DNA of 64,000 bases, from NCBI RefSeq assembly GCF_902713615.1, contig NW_024055491.1:124001-188000 (forward strand), in the 5' to 3' direction. The notes beneath the pieces are model-generated. The model saw nothing but the letters and a program-made list of their open reading frames with translations, was not told the DNA's origin and ran no database searches. The translations under genes were made by a program, and so were the position numbers. The DNA is from Scyliorhinus canicula. Lineage: Eukaryota. Shown here piece after piece: positions 35,993-50,659 of this stretch. The stretch's first letter is position 1. Every line of letters begins with the position of its first letter.

Positions 35993-38900
35993 TGATAAGG
36001 AAGTGAATGGTGGGTACGGGGTCTATCTGGGAGGCGGCTTCATGCAGGGGCACCAGCTTGGCAGCCCTGGTCACGGCTCCTCTACCGCTGCCGCCGGCCA
36101 GGTACTCCACCAGCCTGGTAGTGGTGGTGACCCTGCGGATATGGTGCCAGTGGAGGAGGCATGTAGGAGAGGTGGGGGCATCTGACTGGGCGCCAATCTG
36201 CGACAACCATCGGTTTGCCCCCGGGAGTATGGATGGGGGGTTTCGAGCATGGCGGGGGGCGGGGGTGGGGGCGGTGGGCGATATGTTCCTGGAAGGGAGC
36301 TTTGCGAGTCTGAGGAGCTTGGAGGAGAAATTTGGTCTGGTAAGGGGAAACGATTTCAGGTACCTATAGTTGTGGGACTTTGTCCATAGACAGATCCCAT
36401 CCTTCCCACGCCTATCGCCAATGGGGATCCAAGACAGAATAGTCTCTAGAGGGGAAGGAGGGGAGGGTAGAGTCTTTGATATTTATAAGGTGCTCATGAA
36501 GGGGGAAGGGTCCCAGATGGAGGAACTGAAACTCAAATGGGAGGAGAAGCTGGGCGGGGAAATGGAGGGTGGGCTGTGGGCAGAAGCCCTGAGTAGGGTC
36601 AATTCGAGCACAACATGTGCCAGGCTTGGGCTGATTCAATTTAAGGTCGTTCACCGGGCCCACATGACGGTGGCTCGGATGAGCAAATTCTTTGGGATAG
36701 AGGACAAATGCGCTAGGTGTGCAGGAGGACCAGCGAACCACGTACACATGTTTTGGACGTGTCCGATGCTTCGGGGGTACTGGGAGGGATTTGCGGGGAT
36801 CATGTCGTGGGTGCTAAAAACAAGGGTTGTGATGAGTCCAGGGGTGGCAATTTTGGGGCTTTCGTAGGACCCGGGAGTCCAGGGTGAGAAAGAGGCCGAT
36901 GTTTTGGCCTATGCTTCCATGATAGCCCGGCGACAAATATTATTGGCGTTGAGGGACCCAAAGCCCCCGAAGACTGCATTGTGGCTTTTGGACATGTCGA
37001 GTTTTCTGGGTTGGAAAACATTAAGTTCACCTTGAGGGGATCTGTACAAGGGTTCGCCCGAAGGTGGCAGCCATTCATTGACTTCTTTGCGGGAGAGTGA
37101 GCGTCAGCAGGGGTGGGGGGGGGGGGATGTTAGAGTAGAGTACAGTAGGAGGGATTAATTGGCGGGTAGTGTCGATGGGAGAGGAGCGGGCTTGTGCAGT
37201 ATGGTACGATTGAAGTATTGATTCTACGTGGATGTTTGCACATCTTTGCCTTTTTTGCTTTCTTTTTGTTTATGTCTGTAACTGTTTACAATGCCGAAAA
37301 ATACCTCAATAAAATTGTTTGTTAAAAAAAAATGTAACAGGATGAGACAGGGCGGATGCAGAAAGGATGGTCCCTATGGCGGGGAAGATAGAACCAGATC
37401 TCACAGTCTAAGGATACGGGGTAAACCATTAAGGACTGAGATGAGGAGCAATGTCTTCACCCTGAGATTTGTGAATCTGTGGAATTCTCTATCACAGGAC
37501 AGTTGAGTCCAAACTATTATCTGTTTTCAAGAAGGAGTTTGTTAAAGCTGTTGGGGATCAAAGCTCTAAAGGGACCAAATGATACGGGGGAAAGTGGAAA
37601 CAGGTTACTGATGTGGATGACCAAGCATGATCAGAATGAATAGCGGAGCAGGCTCGAGGGGCAGAATGGTCTACTCCTACTCTATTTTCTCTGTCATTGT
37701 ATTACAGCAAATCTGTTTCTTCTCATGTCGAATCAGACCCTGTCTTTATTTATATTAAAGCGAACGCTGTCCCTATTTATGCTACACTGTTTTATTTGTG
37801 CCACACTCCATTAATATTACACTAGACCATGCATATGATTATATTATATTAAGTTCCACCTCTTTTATATTCTACAGGAATGTGTCTCTTTACATCACAC
37901 CAGGGCCTGGCTCTGTTAATATTACACCGGACCATGTTCCTGTTACCTGTCTCGATATTATAAATGATTGCATATATTTGCTTGTTGTGACTCATGGTGT
38001 TCCGCAGGGATCAGTGCTGGGACCTTTGCTGTTCGTGGCATATATAAATGATTTGGAGGAAAATGTAACTGGTCTGATTAGTAAGTTTGTGGACGACACA
38101 AAGGTTGATGGGACGAAAGAGAAAATGCAGGAAAATCTCAGCAGGTCTGGCAGCATCTATCGGGAGAGAAAAGTGCTAATGTTTCGAGTCCAATGATTCT
38201 CTCTTACAAAGGTTAGTGGAATTGCGGATATCGATGAGGACTGTCAGAGGATACAGCAGGATTTAGATCGTTTGGAGACTTGGGTGGACAGATGGCCGGT
38301 GGAGTTTAATGCGGACAAATGTGAGGTCATGCATTTTGGAAGTTCTAATACAGGTGGAAAATATACAGTGAATGGCAGAACCATCAAGAGTATTGACAGT
38401 AAGATAGTCTTAGTGTACAGGTCCACATGTCACTGAAAGAGGCAATATAGGTGGAGAACGTAGTCAAGAAGGCATACGACATGCTTCCCTTGATTGAAAT
38501 GAAAGAAATGGAAATCGCTTTTTGCCACAAGTAGGCTTCAAAAGAAGTTACTGTGAAGAGCCCCTAGTCGCCACATTCCGGCACCTGTTCGGGGAGGCTG
38601 GTACGGGAATTAAACCGTGCTGCTGGCCTGTCTTGGCCTGCTTTCAAAGCCAGCAATTTAGCCCTGTGATAAACATGCCCCTGGTCGGAGAATAGAGTTT
38701 AAAAATTGGCAAGTCATGTTGCAGCTGTATAGAACCTTAGTTCGGTCACACTTGGAGTGTAGTGTTCAATTCTGGTCGCCACAATACCAGAAGGATGTGG
38801 AGGCTTTTGAGAGGGTGAAGAGGAGGTTTACCAGGATGTTGCCTGGTATGGAGGGCATTAGTTATGAGGAGAGGTTGAATAATCTTGGTTCGTTCTCACT

Positions 38901-41900
38901 GGAACGTGGTAGACAGAACCGTGTCTCACAGTATCACCAGATTGGCACCCACACGATAAATGTCCACCCAATCATAGAACACTCATCTGGTTAAGGAGAG
39001 CAATTGAAATCACTGCAAAAACGTATTGACCGTTAGTGTAGATGTATATACATTGTTCTAAATGTTTGCAACTGTAATCCATCAGCATGTAATGCTGTCT
39101 TCAGAATTAATTGTTTCACTTTCCGATGTCTTCATGCTTCTCGGCCCTAAACTCTGGTATTCATTCCCTACTCCTATTTACCTCAATTCCCTTATTAAAA
39201 TCATCCCATATAACCTGCCTCGTCGACCAAGATATTAATAATCTGACCTAATAACTCTTTACACATATATTAATCCAGACCCTACAGCAGGAATGACTGT
39301 AATAGACCCTGCCTCCATTTATAATATTCCAGACTCTGATTCAATGATCACTGCTCTATATCCGATATAATTTAAGGCAAATCAAACTTTGTATGAGTAA
39401 TCGCTGCACTAGAACCTGTCTCGGTTTATGCTAGTGTGGACCCTGTATTTGTAATCGCTGCGCTAGATCCAATCTCAGTACCACTGTTGCTTCACAGCGC
39501 CATAGTCCCAGGATCGATTCCTGACTTATGTCACTGTGCGGAGACTGCACGTTCCCCCCATGTCTGCGTGGGCTTCTTCCAGGTGCTCCGGTTTCCTCCC
39601 AAATGCCCCGCAAAGACGTGCTGTTAGGTAATTTGGACTTTCTGAATTCTCCCTCTGTGTACCCGAACAGGCGCCTGAATGTTGCGACTAGTAACTTTTG
39701 ACAGTAACTTCATAGCAGTGTTAATGTAAGCCTACTTGTGGCAATAACGATTATTGGATTAGTTTAGGTTAATCTCCACCGTGTATGAGTGATAATTGTT
39801 TAAGACCTTTTCATAGAGTCATGGAGTCTTAGAGGTTTACAATACAGAAGGACACCCTTCACCCATCGTATCTGCGATGGCAATCAAGGACCTATCCATT
39901 CTAAGATCAAGAACAGATGGTCTTCGTACCATAAAACCATAAGACACAGGAATAGAACTAGATCATCAGGCCCATCGAGTGTGCTCCTTCAAACATTTTT
40001 TAAAATGAATTTAGAGTCGGCAATTCATTTTTTCCAATGAAGGGGCAATTTAGCGTGGCCAATCCACCTACCCTGCACATCTTTTGGGTTGTGGGGGTGA
40101 AACCCACAAAAACACGGGGAGAATGTGTAAACTCCACACGGGCAGTGACCCAGGGCCGGGATCGACCTCGGCGCCGTGAGGCAGCTGTGCTAACCACTGC
40201 GCCACCGTGCTGTCCCATCCTCATTCAATGATGCCTGCTATGTTTCTAATCGCCTATCTCCTGTTTTCCCCCAGAACCCCCGATCCCCTTATTAATCAAG
40301 AAACTATCTATCTCTGTCAGGATGGTTAGATATTGGGAAAGATCCGTCGGCACTGCCACATCAAATCCTCACCACACTGTGCAGCTCAGGTTAGATACAG
40401 AGTAAATATTTCTCTACAGTTCTCACTAAACACTACAAGGTAATTGAATGCTCCAACCACCTTTTGGAGGAAAACTCTCTCTATGTATTCCAATTCATTG
40501 GATTAGATCCATTTAGTTGGAAGCCAATGGGGTGTGATCGGGCTGAGAGAATATATTGGGCACATGTTGACTTCAGTTTGTTGATTACAGTCAATGACAC
40601 ATCGTGGAGAGACATGAGACAGAACCAATTGGGAGAAAGACACAGATATCAGATACAGGAAAACTTTACGAACACTTTTGGCATGTCATAATATTTCGAG
40701 ATTAAAGGGAAACTTTCCTAATTCTGAACATGGATATCATGATGACATTTTTATCATATAACTGATGAAGCAACACATGTCCAAAAACAATTACTACTTG
40801 AATCCGTTAATCTATTTACATCTTCATCTCTATTTCTGTGCTGTGTCGGCGGGGAAATAGTTGTTTTGTTTTTGTCAGTCTACAATCTAAACTGGGCCTT
40901 CTATTTCTGTGTTTATTTACATAAACACCTCACTGGCACAATGTCAGCAAAACGAGATAAACACATTCACTTATTGATTAGTTTCAACTCAAAATAGCGG
41001 GTTATTTTAAGGATATTTACAGTCTGTTAAAATGTATAGAAACCTCCATTAGATCAGATGTTACTTAATTGAAACAAAGAATACAGTTGAATTAAGTATT
41101 AATTCTGAAAGTTCTGATGTCTCAATTAATAAAGCATCTTCAATCAGGCTGTTATTCCACTGAATGCTAAATTGATTGAAATGTTAACCGATTTAAAGTA
41201 GATAAATTTAAACATCAGGCGATAGTCACATTAATCTCAGATCTTTCAAAATATTCCAACCTGCATTTTAAAATGATAACATTTGGAAAGAGCTTGCTTT
41301 TGTGAAACGCTTTACTCAACGGTCATCCCAACGCCCTGAAAACTCACTGATGTATTTTTGCTGAATTTAGTTACTGCTGAAATATTGGAAACATAGCAGG
41401 GAATTTGTGCACAGCAAGATCCCAAAAACTGAAGTGTGATAAGTGACCAACTAACCTGTGATTTATGTTCAAGAACGGACATTGGTCGAGGATGCTGGGT
41501 AAATCAGCTCGACTCTTTATCATTACGTCAATGAGGCAATCCACCTGAAATGTGAATCTGTTTCTCTCTGCTGATGCTCACTGACCTGCTGAGCAGCCTT
41601 TTTAAAATGTTTTTGTTTCACATTTCCGGATCCTGCAGCACTTTGCACGGTTTTTAACATTCATTCCCGGCCTATGACCCTAACTGGTAACGTCAGCATT
41701 GCCTGTCCATCCTGAGAAGCCGGATGTGAAACACCTTTTAGATAAGGTGCACTTTGGACGTTTGAATTCACATTTGACTTTATGTAGCAGATTCTCTTCG
41801 ACTGACTGGCTTTCTCGGCAATATCAGAGTTCGTTAAGCGCCAACCACATCACTGCTGAACTAGTCACATATGGGCCAGACAGCGTAAGGCGGGAAGATT

Positions 41901-44900
41901 TCTTCTCCTGAAGGACATTGGTGAACCTGCTGGGATTTGGGAAATTTCGCTAGCTTCATGAGTATTATGAATGACACGACGATTTTTATTTCTGATTTAT
42001 TAATTCGTTCAATTGAAAGCCCCCCAGCTGCCATAAAACCATAAGATGTCGGAGCAGAAGTTGGCCATTCGGCCCATGGAATCTGACTGGCATTCAAAGA
42101 GATCGTGGCTGAACTGATTAAATCCTCAACTCCACTTTTCCTCTTTATCCCCATAACTCTTGATTCCCTTACTGTTGAAAAATCTGTCTGTCTCAGCAAT
42201 TAGCATATATATTCACCCGGCCTCTCCAATTCGCTGCAGCAAAGAATTCCATAGAATCACTCCTTCTGAGAGAATAAATTCCTCTTCATCGTCGTCTGAA
42301 ATGAACGACACCTTACTCTGAGATTGTGCCCTATGGTCCTAGACTCTCCCACAAGCAGAAACAACCTCGAGCATCTACACTGTCAAGTGCCCTGAGAATA
42401 CTATATATCTCAGTAAGTTCGCATCTCATTCTTCTAAACTCCAGTGCCTGTAGGCCTTACCTACTTAACCTCTCCTCATGTCAGTCACTTTGGTTCAATT
42501 GGTCAATGTGTTTGGCTGTAAACCGAAAGGTCTGTGGTTCAAGACCATCTAGGGCTTCTCTATTTGATGACAGGCGCAGTAACGATGAGCCGAAGGAATT
42601 CTTGCTGGGCTGTGAAATTCCAGCTACCTATGAAAATCCAGCCATACCCATTAGCCTAATGAACCTTCTCTGGACTGCCTCCAAAATATCTATCCTTAGG
42701 TAAGGAGACCAAAACTGCTCACGTCATTGCAATATGCCCTGGTGGAATTTGTACTGCCTCTGGAGTAATAGTGAGGGCCTCCAGATTACCACTCCAATAA
42801 TAATATTGCGAAACACCTATAATATCATCACATCCAAAAGATAGAACAACTGAACATAAAATACTCCTACATTGTGAGAGGTGATATTGATTCTAATGAA
42901 ACAAGACTATTGACCTATCATGCTTTGCATTTTGACATTACATTCTGAAATCTTGCTCAGTGTATCCAAAGTTCGAATTCTGGGTCCCGCCTTACATCGG
43001 TCAATTTAATTTTCAGAGGCTAGTCTGTTATTAGTTTTGTGTCTTATTCTTTTGTAAATTTAGAGTAGCCAATTATTTTTTCCCATCAAGGGGCAAATTT
43101 AGCGTGGTCAATCCACCTACCCTGCACATCTTTGGGTTGTGGGGGCGAAACCCACGCAAACACGGGGCGAATCTGCAAACTCCACACGCACAGGAACCCA
43201 GAGCCGTGATCGAACTTGGGACCTGGATGCCGTGAGGCAGCAGTGCTAACCTATGCACCACCGTGCTGCCCCCGTCTTGCGTTTTATTCTGACACGATGG
43301 TAATGGTGAACGGGAGTTCCACTGGCTCCATATAAAATGTCAGTAATTCCAAAAATAGCATCTGAACACAAGCAAGGCAGAAACATATATACAACTGGGC
43401 CTTCCCACTGCATGAGCTGCACGGTCAGAGCGGTTGGAAGCAGGGATTGTTTTCCTTAGAACCGAGCAGTTTTTGGGAGGCGTGGTAAAAATGGTCAAAA
43501 TTATGAAGGGTTTTGTTTGATTAATTAGGAAGAAACTTGATTCACTGACAGGAGGGTCAGAAATCAGAAGACACTAATTTATGAAATATTAAATCCCCCA
43601 CTCTGATTATAAACCGATCAAATAGACAGAGCGGATGCAGAAAGGATGTGTCCAATGTCGGGGAAAGTAAAACCAGGGGTCACAGTCGAAGATTATGGGG
43701 TAAATCATTTAATACTGAGATGAGGAGCAATGTCTTCACCCTGGGAGTTGTGAACCTGTGGAATTCTCTACCACAGAACGAAGTTGACTCCAAAGTATTG
43801 TATGATTCCACGGCGGAGTTAGATAAAGCTCTTGGGGATCAAAACTCTGAAGGGACCAAATGATATGGGGGAAAAGTGGGAACAGGTTACTGAGGTGGAT
43901 GATCAGCCATGATCATAATGAATAGCGGAGCAGGCTCGAAGGGCAGAATGGTCCACTCCTGCTCTATTTTCTATGTCACTGTATTACATCAAATCTGTTT
44001 ATTCTCATGTTAAATGAGACCCTGTCTTTATTTCTATCAAAGTAACCCCTGTCCCTGTCTATACTACACTGTGCTGTTTGTGCTGCACTCAATTAATAAT
44101 ACACTAGAACATGCATGGGATTATATTACATTAAATTCCGCCTCTATTATATTCCACCGGAATTTGTATTTTTACATCACACCAGGGCCTATCTCTGTTG
44201 ATATTACACCGGACCATGTTCCCGTTGTCTCTCGATATTAGAAATGATTGTACATGTTTGCTTGTTTCTCCGAGTAAAATTACCGTTGATTTTGAGATTA
44301 TGTTAATTCCTGTTACCAGCCTCTTGTACCAGCCTCCCCGGACAGGCGCCGGAATGTGGCGACTAGGGGATTTTCATAGTAACTTCATTGAAGCCTACTC
44401 GTGACAATAAAGCGATTTTCATTTCATTTTCATAATATCTATAAGGAGTTGCATTAAATGTGTATTTGCTCTGCTATCATGTGGGCAATATTGAGTTGAA
44501 TATTTTACCAACATCCCAGTAATGAATTGGTCTTGAGAGACAGGTCTACATGTGAACACCGGTGCACTGCAATTTCCAACATTTAGTGGAAATCTCTGTT
44601 TTGTTCAAAATGATGAATTTACTCTTATGTTATACTCGATCGATTGGAAAGGTTTTTTCACGATGATGATTATTTTCCTGCCTCGAATTATATTAACCAA
44701 TCACCTGATGCACTGACAGGGTTAGACAGAACCGTGTTCTCACAGTATCGTTGCGATGGTAATGGTGGGCACCCATAGGAGAAATGTCCACCCAATCATA
44801 AAACACTCATCTGGTTAAGGAAAGCAACTAAAATCGCTGCAAAAACGTATTGACCGTTCGTACAGGTGTGCATATGAAACATTTCTCGTAATTTTTGCAA

Positions 44901-47890
44901 CTCCAATCGATCAAGACGTATTGTTATCTTCAGAATTATTTGGTTCACTTTGCAATGCCTTCATATGTCTCGGTCCTCAGCTCTGGTATTCATTTCCTAC
45001 TCCTCTTTACCTCAATTCCATTATTAAAACCTGCCTCGTCAACCACGTTTTTAATCATCTGGCCTCATAACTCTTTACACATATATTAATCCAGAACCTG
45101 ACCAGGAATCAATGCAATGGACCCTGTCTCAGTTTATAATATTCTAGATACTGTATGAATAATCACTGCTTTAGATCCTATCTCATTTAAGGTTAATCAA
45201 ACTTTGTGTCAGTAATCGCTGCACTAGAACCTGTCTCGGTTCATGTTAATCCAGACCCTGTATCAGTAATCACTGCAGGAGATCCAATCTCAATTTTGGT
45301 TAATCTACACCCTGTATTAGTGATCATTGCTTTAGACCCTGTCATAGAGTCATGGAGTCTGAGAGCTTTACAGTATAGAAAGATGTTCTTCCACCCACCA
45401 TATCTGCGACGTCAATCAAGCACCTATCTATGCTAAAATCGTCCATAGATGGTCTTCCTACCATAAAATCATAAAACATAGGAGCAGAACCCGGCCTTTC
45501 AGTCCATCGAGTCTGCTTTGCATTCAATCATGACTGTTATATTTCTAATCCCCATTCTCCTGCCTTCTCCCCATAATCCCTGATCCCCTTACTGATTAAG
45601 AACCTATCTATCTCTATCTTAAAGACACTCAGTGATTTTGCCTCCACAGCCTTCTGCGGGAATGAGTTCCACAGATTCAAGACCCGCTGGCTGAATAAAT
45701 TTCTCCTCTTCTGTTTTCAAGGGTCGTCCTTTAAATCTGAGGCTGTGCCCTCGGGTTCTAGTTTCATCCACTAGGCCTCTCGCTATTCTGTAAATTTCAA
45801 TGAGGCCCCCCGCCTGGCCCCCGGCGCCCCTCTCCTCCCACAGCACCTCATCCTTCTAAATTCTACCCAGTGCAGCCCCAGAGTCATCAACCGCTCCTCA
45901 TATGTCAATATGACAAGCCTGTCATTCCGAGGATCAGTCTTGTGAATCTCCTCTGGAACTTCTCCAAGGCCACCACATCCTTCCTTAGAAAGGGGGACCA
46001 AACTGCTCACAATATTCTAAACGGCGTCTGGCCAGAACCTTATAGAGCCTCAACAGTTACACCCCTGTTCCTGTAATTTAGCCCTCGCAACATGGATGCT
46101 AACACTGCATTTGTCTTCCCAGCTGCCAACTGAACCTTCATGTTAATCTTAAGAGAATTCTCAACTAGAATGCCTAAGTCCATTTGAGCTTCTGATTTCC
46201 TCAGCCCGACCCCAATTAGAAAATACTCTATGTTTCCTCCAAAGTACAGAACCTCCCACTTTATTACATTGTATTCCATCTGCTACTTCTTCGCACACTC
46301 TCTTAGCCTGACCAGGTCTTTATGCACCCTCTCGGCTCCCTCAGCACAACCTGTTCCTCGGCGTAACTTTGCATCGTCTGAAAACGTGGAAGCAGTGCCC
46401 TCAGTTCAAAAGTAATAATAAAAATCATTTTTCGTTTTTACATTCCATCAGCTTTTAACGGCTTTCCCATCCTCTGGCATCCCATTAATCTTCGCCACAT
46501 TGTTTGCTTATTCCTTTGCTTTTATGTTATCCTTGACTCCCCTTGTCAACCATGGATGCTCTGTCCTCCCTTAGCATGGTTCCTCCTCCTTGGGATGAAT
46601 TTTTGTCGTGCCTCGTGAATATTTCTCAAAACGTCCTGCCACTGCTGTTGCAGCAGGGGCTGGTTTAGCACTGGGCTAAATAGCTGGCTTTAGGGCAGAC
46701 CAAGGCAGGCCAGCAGCGCGGGTTCAATGCCCGTACCAGTCTTCCCGAACAGGCTCCAGAATGTGGCGACTAGCGGATATTCACAGTAACTTTATTTGAA
46801 GCCTACTTGTGACAACAAGCGGTTTTCATTCACTGACTTCCCTGCGCGACTCCCTATCCAATCAACTATGGCCAGCTCCGCCCTTTATCTTTGTTGTTAC
46901 CTTTAATCAATTGTAATACCGTTACATTTGATTCCAGCTTCTACCTCCCCAACTGCAGGTGAATTCTATCATATTGTGGTCACTGCCCTGTGAGGGTTCC
47001 TTCACCTTAAGTTCCCTACTCAAGTTTCACTCCATATCACCAAATGCAGAATTGCCTGTTCCTGACTGCGCTGTATCACAAGCTGCTCTAAAAAAAACTT
47101 CTCGCCGATATTCCACAAATTCCTTTTCTTGGGATCTGCTACCAACCTGACTTTTCAGTCCACTTGCATATTGAAACCCCCCTAAAATTATTGTAATATT
47201 GCCTCTCTTATATGCATTTTCTATCTCTTGATTTATTTTCTGCCCCACATTCTGACTACGGCGAAGGGTCTGTACGTAACTCTCATCAGGGTCTTTTTTC
47301 CTTTACGTTTCATCAACTCTGCCCACAGGGATTCTATGCCTTCTTACCCTAAATTGCTTCTTGCTATCGCGTTAATTTCATTCCATACTCACAACGTTAC
47401 CCCGCGTCCTTTTCCCATCTGCCTGTCCTTTCGATAGGACATATATCCTTGGATATTTAGATCCCAGCCCTGATCCCCTCGCAGCCACGTCTCTGTGATT
47501 GTGCGCAATGAGTTCATTTACCTTGCTCCCTATACTGCGCATATTTAGGTACAACACCCTCAGTTCTGCGTTGACCATCCCTTTTCAATGATGTCCCTTT
47601 TTCTGCTGTGTCTGAAGTTGCATACCTGCCACTTTCCACACTCCCTACATGTTCTGGAAATTTTACTAACCTCCCTGAGCCCCCGGCCCCTTTTACTTGT
47701 TTAATGTCCTGATCATTAACCTGCATTCACACCTTCTCTTTTAACTTTGGTTTTCTAATTTTTCATACAACCGACCCCCCCCCCCCCCCCCCCCCCCCCC
47801 CGCCCTGCTGTATTTAGTTTTAATGCATCACTTCTCTGCATTGAATTTTATCTGCCACCTATCTGCCTGTGGACATGAAAAAGCCAGTGA
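35993..47890 (+). repeat. Young tandem segmental duplication, copy 2 (~11.9 kb); starts inside a copy of the L1 fragment (35993-37330)
   Basis: Collinear with 23071-35992 except for the two copy-1-specific insertions. Both copies end at catgaaaaagccagtga (35979-35995 and 47874-47890). Confidence 0.95.
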
Positions 47891-47929
47891 CCTGTTGCAG
47901 CCAGGCTGGACACATCCTTGTTACAACAC

Positions 47930-48390
47930 CAGGGACGGCGGGACTGCCATATGAGGAGAGATTGACTACGTTAGGATTGTTCTCGCTGCAGTTCAGAAGA
48001 ATGAGTGGGAAGCTCATAGAGAATTATAAAATTCTAACAGGACTAGACAGGGTAGGTGGAGGGAAGATGTTACCGATGATGTGTGTGTCCAGAACCAGGG
48101 GCCATAGTCTGAGGATTCAGGATTCATTTCGGACAGAGTTGAGGGGACATTTCTTCACCCAAAGAGTGGTGAGCTAGTGGAATTCATTAGCACAGGAAAT
48201 AGTTGATCAGAAAACATTGAATATATTCAAGAGGCGGCTAGATATAGCACTTGGGGAGAATGAGATCAATGGTTGTGGGGAGAAAGCAGGATTAGGCTAT
48301 TGAGTTGGATGATCAGCTATGATCGTGATAAATGCGGAGCAGGCTCGAAGGGCCAAAAAGCCTCCTCCTGCTCCTAACTTCTATGTATCT
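47930..48390 (+). mobile_element. CR1 3' fragment
   Basis: YEERLTTLGLFSLQFRRMSGKLIENYKILTGLDRV...RTRGHSLRI. Confidence 0.8.
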
Positions 48391-49349
48391 ATGTACGTAA
48401 TCCTCTTCCCTGTTTACTACATTGTCAATTTGGGAGACAAATGCAACTTTTGAATTGATATCCTGTGAACCCGAGCCCCGAGTCCTGTCTATTAATATAT
48501 AACAGGAAAAACAATGCTGCTAATATTACCCACTGGAGAATAACACTCTGTACCCCACCCAATCTGAAACAATTGTTAACAGGTACACTGTATTATGTCC
48601 CTTAGTCGCTGTTGTGTACATTCTGCTCCTGCCCCTTTCATCACCTGAGCATCAATTTTCCACACTTTTCATATATTACACAGACATTAAGATATTTGTC
48701 CCAGACCTTTCCATTCCCTGTGTCCCATCAGGATTCCAAGGGCAGGTTCAGTAACGCTCTGCTTGTCTAAACTATTCATTCAAATTCTCGCAGGTCAGGT
48801 ACAGGACGGGGTTGTATACAGAGCAAAGCTTCCTGCACTCTGAACCAGCAAACACTCTCAGGCCAAATACATCACAGGAAGAGATGAAGAATAAAGCTTC
48901 CTGAAACCTGTCCCATTTTATACTCCCAGGGCATCAACAGTAAAGATTTAGTTACTGAGTAAACTTCCCTTAACAATCTCCCCTCAAATACTCGAAGGAC
49001 AGGTACAGTACAGAATAAAGCCCCCTCCACAACATCCGCCATCTGACGTGCGAAGGACAGGTAAAGCACATGTAAGGAACAGAGTAAAGCTTCTTTTTTG
49101 ACGTACTATCAGGTACTCGCAGAGCAGGAAAAACGCAGGGTATGTGGAGAGAAAAGTTCCCCATACTCCATCCCATTAATCGGTGTATAAAACAAAGGAA
49201 TTATTTGTGCAGGATTTTGGTGTGAAAATGGCCACAAACACAAATGCTCAGAAAAAAATGCACATATGCATTAATGCATAAAATCTCAACCATTTAACGG
49301 TGAACACCACACTCGGCCCTTCATTGATTAACATTAATCTTGGGCCGAC

Positions 49350-49575
49350 CCTGCAATTGACCCTGTCTCGCTTCGCCACTAGAATCTGATCCACTTTATA
49401 GTAATCTCAACGCTCCATCAACAATAAGTGTACTAGAACCCTGTCTAAATTTACATTACTGAAGACACCCCCATCAGAAATCACTGCACCAGACCTTGTC
49501 TCAGTTTATATTAATCTAGACCCTGTGTCAGGAATTACTGTACTAGATCCTGTTTCAGTTTATATATAATTTAGG
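49350..49575 (+). repeat. 27-bp A/B minisatellite array (cleanest copy)
   Basis: A at 49492-49518 gaccttgtctcagtttatattaatcta; B at 49519-49545 gaccctgtgtcaggaattactgtacta; A' from 49546. Confidence 0.85.
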
Positions 49576-50659
49576 TTTTCTTGCATTACATAGAACAATA
49601 GAAGTATAGAAGCATGGACAATAGGTGAAGGAGTAGGCCGTTCGGTCCCTTGAACTTGCTCTTCCATTCATTCTGATCGTGGCTGATCATCCAACTCAGT
49701 AAACTGTTCTCGCTTTCCCTCCATATCCTATGATCCCTAAAGCCACAAGAGCTATATATAATTCCTTCCAGTAAACATACAAAGTTTTGGCCTCAACTGT
49801 TTTGTGTGGGAGATAATTTCACAGGCTCACCGCTCTAGGTCAATAAATTTCTGCTCATCTATATCCTTAGACTGTGTCCCTGATTCTGGACACCCCTCTA
49901 TTAATCATTGCTGCACACTCTGTCCCGGTTATTATGAATATTTACCCTGTAACAGTAACCCCTACATTAGAACCCTGCCCCAGTTATTATGAATCCCGGT
50001 CTTTTCAAAGAATCATAGAATCCGGACTGCGCAGAAGGAGGCCAGTCGGCCCATCGAATCTGCACCCGCCCTCCAAAACGGCACCTCACTGAGGGCCACT
50101 CCTCCACGCTATCCCCGTAACCCCATCTAACCTTTGCACACTCAGGAAAAATCTTTTAGAATGGCCAATCCACCTAACCTGCGCATCTTTGGACTGTGGG
50201 AGGAAATTCTCGGTTTCCACTGCGCTGCACTGTCCCCACTTGTATTAATCGAGGCCCTGTTTTAGTAATTCCGGTACAGCGCAGGCTCTGTTTATTTAAT
50301 GTCAGTTTCTGTACCTGTAAATGTTAGGCTACATTCTGTTTTAGTTATTACTGTGCGAGATAATACCATTAGTAATCGTGCAATGGGTTGCATCTCATTT
50401 ATTACCGCACTCGTCATATCATTGTTTAAAATAAAAAAGGTCCTTTCTCAGTTCTCTCTAAATTAGACCCTCTCAGTGTTTATATCTTTCGATATTATTT
50501 GTAAAACTGCACCAAATCTCCATTTATATTATATGATGCCCGCTCTCTGATATTATTTTGTTAGACTCTGTTTCATTCACGGCTGAAGTCTTCTGTGTCT
50601 CACTTTATATAACAAACGTTCCTACCCCACAGAATAGTGCATCAGATTTAGTTTCATTG

